A stretch of DNA of 64,000 nt, taken from Candidatus Latescibacterota bacterium (lineage in GTDB: Bacteria > Latescibacterota > UBA2968 > UBA8231). The DNA lies in NCBI GenBank assembly GCA_963422735.1, contig OY730476.1:4256001-4320000 (forward strand), given 5' to 3'. Both the position numbers and the translations under genes were made by a program. Below, in pieces: positions 57,091 to 64,000 of this stretch. Below the pieces are notes generated by a model. That model searched no databases and had not been told where the DNA came from. It was given only the letters and a program-made list of their open reading frames with translations. Position 1 is the stretch's first letter, and each line of letters starts with the position of its first letter.

Positions 57091-59031
57091 ATGCCTCCAC
57101 TGCCATCCCAGCCACCTGCCTTCTCCCGGCGCGCTGTTCTCACGGGTTTGCTCCTCGTGGGGGCTATTAGCGTACTGAGCCCTTGGGGGATCCTCATAGT
57201 CAAGGGATCGCAGCTCACCAGCAATGCCATCCCGGTAATCGCCGTCCTCTTCCTCTTTCTGCTGACGGCCGCGGCCCTACCCCTACTCAAGATGCTGGGC
57301 CGCACGTGGGCCTTTTCCCGCTCCGAACTCATCGTCGTGTACTCCATGATGTTGGTCGGCGCGGTCGTGGTCACCACCGGCTTCACCGGCAGCTTTCTGT
57401 CGGTCATCACCGGAGCCGCGTACTACGCCACCCCTGAAAATGCTTGGCAGGAGCTTTTCGTCGAATATATCCACCCTTGGCTGGCACCCACCGATACCGA
57501 GGCCGTGCGCCTGTTCTACGAGGGACTGCCCGAGGGCAGCGCCATACCTTGGTCCGCTTGGAGCCGCCCGCTAGTTGCTTGGATATGCTTTATCTTCGCC
57601 TTCTACTGGATCCTCTTTTGCCTCGGCGTGTTGCTCAGAGGCCAGTGGGTCGCCAATGAACGGCTCGTCTTCCCCCTCACCCGCCTGCCCTTGGCCATGC
57701 TCGAAGGCACGGACTCCGCGCCCCTCCTCGGCGGCCTGTTCAAGAACCGCCTGCTATGGGTGGGCTTTGCCGTGCCGCTTTTCATCCTTTCGTGGAACTC
57801 GCTCAACTACTACCACGACGCCTTCCAGCCCATCGCCCTGACCGGCAGCTTGTCCCTGCTCCAAGGCTCCGTCGGCCTGCCTTGGCGGATCAATCTGCCC
57901 ATCTTGGGCCTAGCCTACCTGATGGCGCTCAGCGTCTCCTTCAGTATCTGGTTTTTCTTTTTGTTCTACACCCTAGAGAAAGTCGTCTTCGCCCGCATCG
58001 GCCTCGTAATAGGCGGTGGCGATATCTGGACCTCGGGCGGCGGCTCGGTCCCCGTTTCCCATCAACAGGCCGGCGGCCTGTTGGTACTGGCCCTCTTCGT
58101 GATGTGGACCGCCCGCACCCATCTGCGCCGCCTGTGGAGCCAAGCGTTAAAAGGCGAGCCAGCTCCCGGCGAACTCATGGCCCCGCGCACGGCCTTTAGC
58201 GGCCTAGCGATTGGCGTGGCGTTCGTGGTGGCTTGGCTGACCTTCACCGGCCTCTCCCTGTATGCGGCGGTGCTGCTGGTGGTAGGGGCGCTCATCGTCT
58301 TTATCGGTCTGTCGCGCATCGTCTGCGAGGCTGGTATCCCCGGCTGCCAGACGCCGATGGCCCCGCAGGCCTTCATTACCCGAGGCATTGGCCCCGAGAC
58401 CCTTGGCCTTGGCAACATGACCGGCCTCGGGCTGAGCACGGTATGGATGGGCGAGACCGCGGCCAACATGATGAACGCCGTCATGCACAGCCTCAAGCTC
58501 ACCTCCGGCGACTCGCCCGCGCCGCGCTGGCTGCCTTGGGCCTTGTTCGCCGCCATCGCCGTGGGGCTGCTCGGCTCGATCTGGTTTACCATGACCCTCG
58601 CCTATACCTATGGCGGCATCAACTTACACGGATGGTACTTTAACGGAGCGCCGCGCTGGCCTTTTAACTATATGGCCTCGGTGTACAACGCGCCCGAGCC
58701 GTCGTTTGCCCCGCGCCTCGCCTTCACCGCCAGTGGGAGCTTTGTCATGGCGGCTCTGCTCTTTTTGCGCCACCGCTTCGCGTGGTGGCCCCTGCATCCT
58801 TTGGGTTTTCCCATCGCCTCCACCTTTACCATTGTTTACTATAGCTGGTTGTCCATCTTTTTGGCCTGGCTCTGCAAGGCGACCATCCTGCGCTACGGCG
58901 GGGTGCGCGCCTACCGCGCCCTGCTGCCGTTCTTTTTGGGGCTGATTCTCGGCGAGTTCACCACGGCCTGCCTATGGCTCTTCATCGACGGGGCCTACGG
59001 CGTCGAAGGCAACATGATCTTCAATTTCTGA
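57091..59031 (+). CDS. Polytopic membrane protein, DUF6785/DUF6784-like (OPT-like putative transporter)
   Basis: FYEGLP..IPWSAW, ERLVFPL, WWPLHPLG, PFFLGLILGE; paralog of 29628-31667. Confidence 0.78.
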   Translation: MPPLPSQPPAFSRRAVLTGLLLVGAISVLSPWGILIVKGSQLTSNAIPVIAVLFLFLLTAAALPLLKMLGRTWAFSRSELIVVYSMMLVGAVVVTTGFTGSFLSVITGAAYYATPENAWQELFVEYIHPWLAPTDTEAVRLFYEGLPEGSAIPWSAWSRPLVAWICFIFAFYWILFCLGVLLRGQWVANERLVFPLTRLPLAMLEGTDSAPLLGGLFKNRLLWVGFAVPLFILSWNSLNYYHDAFQPIALTGSLSLLQGSVGLPWRINLPILGLAYLMALSVSFSIWFFFLFYTLEKVVFARIGLVIGGGDIWTSGGGSVPVSHQQAGGLLVLALFVMWTARTHLRRLWSQALKGEPAPGELMAPRTAFSGLAIGVAFVVAWLTFTGLSLYAAVLLVVGALIVFIGLSRIVCEAGIPGCQTPMAPQAFITRGIGPETLGLGNMTGLGLSTVWMGETAANMMNAVMHSLKLTSGDSPAPRWLPWALFAAIAVGLLGSIWFTMTLAYTYGGINLHGWYFNGAPRWPFNYMASVYNAPEPSFAPRLAFTASGSFVMAALLFLRHRFAWWPLHPLGFPIASTFTIVYYSWLSIFLAWLCKATILRYGGVRAYRALLPFFLGLILGEFTTACLWLFIDGAYGVEGNMIFNF

Positions 59032-59210
59032 TCTGCATACGCGAAGTCTTTTTGCACTGTAATATACGTGTAATTTGACTCAGCGGGCGGAATGCCGGAC
59101 ACTTGGCACAGCTTAGAAAAGGAGCAAACGGCCATGACTCCCCGCGAACAAATTATGTGCGACGGTTGCTGCGAGCTAGACGACCTCCCAACCGCATACC
59201 ACCCATCGCC

Positions 59211-60674
59211 ATGTTGCGTCGGCTATTGCTCCTAGCCGTGTGGGCCGGACCGGGATGGACACAGGTGGATGTGCGGCTGTCCAAAATCGACGAGGGCGTC
59301 GCTTGGGTCAGCCCCTATTGGGGGTACAACGCGCCCAAACTAGTCTTCGACGGCACGGCCTATTACACCTTAGGGCTGTGGGGAGCCGAGCAGGCCACAG
59401 CGCGGGGAGCGATCTACAAGCTAAAAGACGGCCAATGGCAGCGCGGTTATACGTGGGATGGCCTGAACTACCAGCCGGGCCTGCTGCTTCTCGACAGCGA
59501 GCAGCGCCTCATCCTGATCTACCCCACCTTCAACGGCCCGCCCGTCGTGCTGCGGGCGGCCGAGCCGGGACAGATCGACCGCTTTGAGCCGTTGCCCGTG
59601 CCGCCGTCCATCGGCAAGGCCGGGTACATGGGAGCCGGGATCCACGAGGAGCAGCTCGTCATTGGCTATATCGGCGACCCTGCTACCTATACCTTCCAGA
59701 TGGCCGTGCTCGACTTGGGCGCGCAGACTTGGGCCGGCCCCTTTGTCTTGGCCCCAGCCCAGCGACGAGACGAACCCTTTACCACTTGGCTGTACCCCAT
59801 CGTCCAGCCCGACGCAACCGGGGTGCATCTGCTCGTGAGCAATCAGCCCGATCCAACGGCCCGCTACGACCGCATCCTCTACATGCACGTGCCCTACGCG
59901 CCAGCAAAACCGCCTCAATCCCAAGTAATCGCGCAAGGCGCAATGGCCTTTGGCGAGGCCATGCTACTCACGCCCGACGGCCACATCTACGTCACCGGGC
60001 AGTACCAGCCCGACGAGGCGGCGACCAACCAACTCTACATCTTCCAGCGCGCTCCGCAGACGCAAACCTGGAGTGGCCAAGCCCTCAGCCCGTCGCAAGT
60101 AGCGACCGTATTCCACGCGCCCGACGAGCCAGTGCGCCTGTGGATCTCCAGCACCTACGGTGCGCAACTGCGGCTCTATACCTCGGAGGACGCCGGGGCA
60201 AGCTGGAGCGTGGTGCCCCTGCCGAATTTGGAGGAACACGGGCTAGCCTCCACCTTTTTCATGCACGGCATCTCCGCAGCTAGCGGCAGCCTCGCGCCGC
60301 CGGGCCCCACCGTGGTATTCAGCGCGGGCGTCCACCCCAACTACCAGTTGTGGTTCGCCCAATTCGAGACGGATGCGCACGCCACGGTCATCGAGGCTGA
60401 GGACGCGCCGGCCAGCCGAGCCCTCGTGGCCAACGCGCCCAACCCCTTTAACGGCCACACCGCCATCCGCTTTGCACTGGACGCGCCCGGGCCGGTCGAG
60501 CTGGCCGTGTACAACCTCAAGGGACAGCAGGTAGTGGTTTTGGCGCAAGGCATGTGGTCGGCTGGTTGGCACACCGTTTCTTGGAACGGAAGTGGCCAAG
60601 CTACCGGAGTGTACCTGTGCCGCTTGCAAACCGCCAACGCGACCCTGACGCGCAAATTGATCCTGATTCGCTAA
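59211..60674 (+). CDS. Secreted beta-propeller-like protein with T9SS type-A-like (NxPNPFN...GVY...KL) C-terminal domain
   Basis: Signal peptide from ATG 59211; Asp-box SEDAGASW; [15 protein letters not shown]...GVYLCRL...TRKLILIR. Confidence 0.82.
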   Translation: MLRRLLLLAVWAGPGWTQVDVRLSKIDEGVAWVSPYWGYNAPKLVFDGTAYYTLGLWGAEQATARGAIYKLKDGQWQRGYTWDGLNYQPGLLLLDSEQRLILIYPTFNGPPVVLRAAEPGQIDRFEPLPVPPSIGKAGYMGAGIHEEQLVIGYIGDPATYTFQMAVLDLGAQTWAGPFVLAPAQRRDEPFTTWLYPIVQPDATGVHLLVSNQPDPTARYDRILYMHVPYAPAKPPQSQVIAQGAMAFGEAMLLTPDGHIYVTGQYQPDEAATNQLYIFQRAPQTQTWSGQALSPSQVATVFHAPDEPVRLWISSTYGAQLRLYTSEDAGASWSVVPLPNLEEHGLASTFFMHGISAASGSLAPPGPTVVFSAGVHPNYQLWFAQFETDAHATVIEAEDAPASRALVANAPNPFNGHTAIRFALDAPGPVELAVYNLKGQQVVVLAQGMWSAGWHTVSWNGSGQATGVYLCRLQTANATLTRKLILIR

Positions 60675-60697
60675 CCCACCCCAAAAAAGGAGACACC

Positions 60698-61012
60698 ATG
60701 ATCCGCAAAGCCTTTGTCATGCAGGTTAGTCCCGACCAACATGCCGAATACGAAAAGCGCCACAACCCCATCTGGCCCGAGCTGGAAAAGACCCTCAAAG
60801 AACACGGCGTCCACAACTACTCTATCTTCCTCGACGCAGACACCCACCAGCTTTTTGCCTACGTGGAACTCGCAGACGAGGAGCGCTGGAATCGCATCGC
60901 CGAGACGCCGGCCTGCCGCCGGTGGTGGACCTACATGAAGGACATCATGGCATCCAACCCGGACGACAGCCCTATTGCCAAGGACCTGCGCGAGGTATTC
61001 CACATCGACTGA
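60698..61012 (+). CDS. rhaM: L-rhamnose mutarotase
   Basis: [45 protein letters not shown]; AAGGAG RBS. Confidence 0.93.
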   Translation: MIRKAFVMQVSPDQHAEYEKRHNPIWPELEKTLKEHGVHNYSIFLDADTHQLFAYVELADEERWNRIAETPACRRWWTYMKDIMASNPDDSPIAKDLREVFHID

Positions 61013-61082
61013 GTTCGCGCTGGGGGAGCATCGTCCTTAGCTTCTACACCCTAACTTCGCTGCGGAATTTACCTGAAAAACC

Positions 61083-62432
61083 ATGCACATTTTGGTCATA
61101 GGTGCCGGAGCCATCGGCTTCCAGTTGAGTAAGCAACTGAGCCAAGACGGGCACGATATTACCCAGATTGACACCGATCCGAGGCGCGTCAAGCGCGTCA
61201 GCGAACAACTCGACATCATCGTTGCTGAGGGCAATGGCACCAGTTTGCAGGACTTGCGAGGGATCGGGATCGAGCAGGTGGATCTCGTCGCTGCCATGAC
61301 CACCAACGACGAGGTCAACCTGCTCGCCTGTAGAATGGCCAAGAAGCTAGGCGTCCAATCGGCCATCGCCCGCATCCGCAACCCAGAATTCACCGCGCCC
61401 GACTTTATCTTCAGCCCCCAAGAACTTGGCGTCGATCAGTTCATCCACCCGGAAAAGGAAACCGCCGCCGCCATCGTCCGCCTCATCCGCCAGTCCAGTG
61501 CCACCGATCTGGTCGAGTTTTCCGAAGGCAAACTCGTCTTGCTCGGCATGCGCCTCGATTACCAGTCCTCCCTGCTCCATGCTCCTTTGACCGAATTAGG
61601 TCGGCAGTTTGCCGACATTCCCATGCGCATCGTCGCCATCCAGCGCAAGCAGCAGACCTTGATCCCCACTGGCAATACCAAGCTGCTGCCAGAGGACCGG
61701 ATTTTCGTCATCAGCGATCCCGACTTCATTCCCTCCGTGGTCCGCTTGACCGGCCACGCCGACCACCGCCTCGAGGATATCGCGATTCTCGGCGGCGGCC
61801 TAATCGGCCAGTTCGTCGCCCAAGAGCTTTCCTCACAGATGCGCGTCAAGCTCATCGAAAGCCGCGCCGCCCGATCCAGGCAAGTCGCCAACCAACTCGC
61901 CAACGTGCTGGTCATCCAAGGCGACGGCACGGACTACGACTTGTTGGCCGTTGAAGGGCTCGCCGACATGGACGCCTTTCTCGCCGTTACCGGCAACGAC
62001 GAGATCAACATCATCTCGACGCTAGTAGCCAAGCACCTCGAAGTGCCGCGCGCCATCGCCTTGGTCAACAACGTCGATTACATGCCCATCACCCCGGCCA
62101 TCGGCCTAGATTCGGTGTTGAGCAAACAGCTCCTGACCGTCAACGCCGTCCAGCGCTACGTGCGGCACCAGCGCATCGCCTCCATCGCCAGCCTGCCCGG
62201 CCTCGACGTGGAAGCGGTCGAGTACATCGCCCGCAACGACAGCCAAATCACCCAAAAACCCCTGATCTCCATCCGCCTGCCCAAGGGTTCGATTATCGGA
62301 GCCGTCGTCCATCGCGATCGCGTGGTCATCCCGCGCGGAGATACGCGCATCTGGCCCGGGGACAAAGCCGTGGTCTTCGCCCGGCACTATGTCCATGAGG
62401 AAATGAGAAAGATCTTCGGGGATGACCCATAA
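61083..62432 (+). CDS. trkA: Trk potassium uptake NAD-binding subunit
   Basis: Two RCK_N (GAGAIG; GGGLIG) and RCK_C domains. Confidence 0.95.
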   Translation: MHILVIGAGAIGFQLSKQLSQDGHDITQIDTDPRRVKRVSEQLDIIVAEGNGTSLQDLRGIGIEQVDLVAAMTTNDEVNLLACRMAKKLGVQSAIARIRNPEFTAPDFIFSPQELGVDQFIHPEKETAAAIVRLIRQSSATDLVEFSEGKLVLLGMRLDYQSSLLHAPLTELGRQFADIPMRIVAIQRKQQTLIPTGNTKLLPEDRIFVISDPDFIPSVVRLTGHADHRLEDIAILGGGLIGQFVAQELSSQMRVKLIESRAARSRQVANQLANVLVIQGDGTDYDLLAVEGLADMDAFLAVTGNDEINIISTLVAKHLEVPRAIALVNNVDYMPITPAIGLDSVLSKQLLTVNAVQRYVRHQRIASIASLPGLDVEAVEYIARNDSQITQKPLISIRLPKGSIIGAVVHRDRVVIPRGDTRIWPGDKAVVFARHYVHEEMRKIFGDDP

Positions 62433-62435
62433 CGC

Positions 62436-63884
62436 ATGCGCGCCGCAGTTGCATTTCGGGTACTGGGCGTCCTGCTGACGCTATTTAGCGTCAGCATGTT
62501 AGTGCCCGTCGGCGTATCCTTCCTCTACCGAGACGGGACTGCAGACGCCTTTCTTTTAGCATTTGCCATTACGCTCGTCACTGGCTTGGCGTGCTGGTTG
62601 CCCGTGCGCAAGCAGCGCGCCGAGTTGCGGATCAGGGACGGCTTTTTGGTAACGGTCTTGTTCTGGGCTGTCTTGGGCTTTTACGGCGCCTTTCCGCTGA
62701 TGTTGTCCGACCAGCCTAAGCTGGGTTTTACCGACGCCGTATTTGAGTCCCTATCTGGCTTGACCACGACCGGGGCTACCGTCGTCCAAGGCTTGGACTG
62801 CCTGCCTCGGTCCATCTTGTTCTACCGCCAGCAACTCCAGTGGTTGGGCGGCATGGGCATCATCGTCCTCGCCATTGCCGTGTTGCCCATGCTCGGCATC
62901 GGCGGCATGCAGCTTTTTCGCGCCGAGATCACCGGCCCCATTAAGGATTCAAAGCTGACGCCGAGGATCACCCATACTGCCAAGGCCCTTTGGTACATCT
63001 ACTTGAGTTTAACCGTGGCCTGTGCTGTGGCCTATTGGCTGGCCGGTATGGAACCGTTTGACGCCATCGCCCACAGCTTTACAACGGTTTCCATCGGCGG
63101 TTTTTCAACCCACGACGCCAGCATCGGCTTTTTTAACAACCCGGCCATCGAGTTGGTCGCCGTATTTTTTATCGTAGTATCGGGCATAAACTTCACGTTG
63201 CACTTTTACGCCTTTCGCCAGCGGTCGCTGCATCCGTATCGCATCGACCCCGAATGCCGCACATACCTGACCATTTTGCTAACTACCGCCCTAATCGCTT
63301 GGCTGATACTCTTTGCGCACAACGAGTACGACGCTGGCGCGTCGCTGCGCTACGGACTCTTCGCCACCGCGTCCATTGTTACCACCACGGGTTTTAGCAT
63401 TGCGGACCATTCGATCTGGCCTAGCGTACTGCCGTTTTTGTTGTTCCTCGGTTCGTTTACCGGTGGCTGCGCTGGCTCAACGGCAGGGGGTATAAAAGTG
63501 ATGCGCATGTTGCTCATTCTAAAGCAGGGGAGCCGAGAGATCACGCGCCTTATTCACCCCAACGCCGTCCTCCCCATCAAGGTGGGGCAGCGGTCGGTTC
63601 CCGATCGGGTCATGGAAGCGGTGTGGGGGTTTTTCTCGGTGTACGTGCTGACGTTCACGATCATGTTCATCGCCGTGCTCGCCACGGGCTTGGATTTGAC
63701 TACGTCCTTTTCAGCGGTGGCCGCCTGCATCAACAACTTAGGACCGGGCTTAGGGCAGGTTGTCCACCACTACGGCGACATCAATTCGGTAGCCAAGTGG
63801 ATACTGTGCTTTGCCATGCTGATTGGGCGGCTGGAGGTTTTTACGCTCTTGGTGCTGTTCAGCCCGGCGTTTTGGCGCAAGTGA
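62436..63884 (+). CDS. trkH: Trk potassium uptake membrane subunit
   Basis: FESLSGLTTTGAT, WLGGMGIIVL, SIGGFS, TTTGF, GGCAGSTAGGIK, NNLGPG, GRLE. Confidence 0.96.
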   Translation: MRAAVAFRVLGVLLTLFSVSMLVPVGVSFLYRDGTADAFLLAFAITLVTGLACWLPVRKQRAELRIRDGFLVTVLFWAVLGFYGAFPLMLSDQPKLGFTDAVFESLSGLTTTGATVVQGLDCLPRSILFYRQQLQWLGGMGIIVLAIAVLPMLGIGGMQLFRAEITGPIKDSKLTPRITHTAKALWYIYLSLTVACAVAYWLAGMEPFDAIAHSFTTVSIGGFSTHDASIGFFNNPAIELVAVFFIVVSGINFTLHFYAFRQRSLHPYRIDPECRTYLTILLTTALIAWLILFAHNEYDAGASLRYGLFATASIVTTTGFSIADHSIWPSVLPFLLFLGSFTGGCAGSTAGGIKVMRMLLILKQGSREITRLIHPNAVLPIKVGQRSVPDRVMEAVWGFFSVYVLTFTIMFIAVLATGLDLTTSFSAVAACINNLGPGLGQVVHHYGDINSVAKWILCFAMLIGRLEVFTLLVLFSPAFWRK

Positions 63885-64000
63885 TATCTGCGGCAATCGC
63901 GGCGAGTGCTTCCCACAGATAGGTCGCCAAGCTGTAATTGACCCACAGGCGGTACGCGCGCTGCCCATTATCGTCGTGCGGCAGCACTCCGCAAGCTGCC

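Overview
GC-rich bacterial DNA. Gene content (T9SS-like C-terminal domains, many 'WPQWRGP' PQQ-type beta-propellers, DUF6785-like membrane proteins, a PhyH dioxygenase) suggests, by inference only, an FCB-group lineage such as Latescibacterota/Gemmatimonadota. Layout: (1) 1-6.7 kb housekeeping: mfd 3' part, two PpiC/SurA foldases, S4 protein, methyltransferase, NrnA-like DHH protein, argF. (2) 7.0-25.0 kb: a co-oriented cluster with PQQ-propellers, a HemN-like radical SAM enzyme, TonB receptor, PaaK-like CoA ligase, flavin-dependent halogenase-like enzyme, Na+/solute symporter, GT4, thioesterase and a LolD/FtsX-type ABC system. A ~74-bp inverted repeat brackets the receptor-ligase-halogenase trio. 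(3) 26.4-28.4 kb: an AT-richer restriction-modification islet whose HNH nuclease has two frameshifts, then phyH and a perfect (AGTGGTT)x16 repeat. (4) 38.0-54.8 kb, the most unusual part: a minus-strand locus of a secreted protein ending in a short TAVE..SWGRIK tail, three paralogous large secreted proteins ending in a PNGDGVND/FlgD-type C-terminal domain, two paralogous ~930-aa acidic outer-membrane-like proteins and a foldase lipoprotein. Decayed toxin-antitoxin-like cassettes sit at several gene junctions; a further small insert is flanked by a 27-bp duplication of a gene end. (5) 55-64 kb: an orphan family-5 binding protein divergent from a DUF6785-like membrane protein, a T9SS type-A-CTD-like protein, rhaM, trkA-trkH. 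No rRNA, tRNA, CRISPR array or transposase was recognised. Family assignments come from motifs read by eye; no database search was run.
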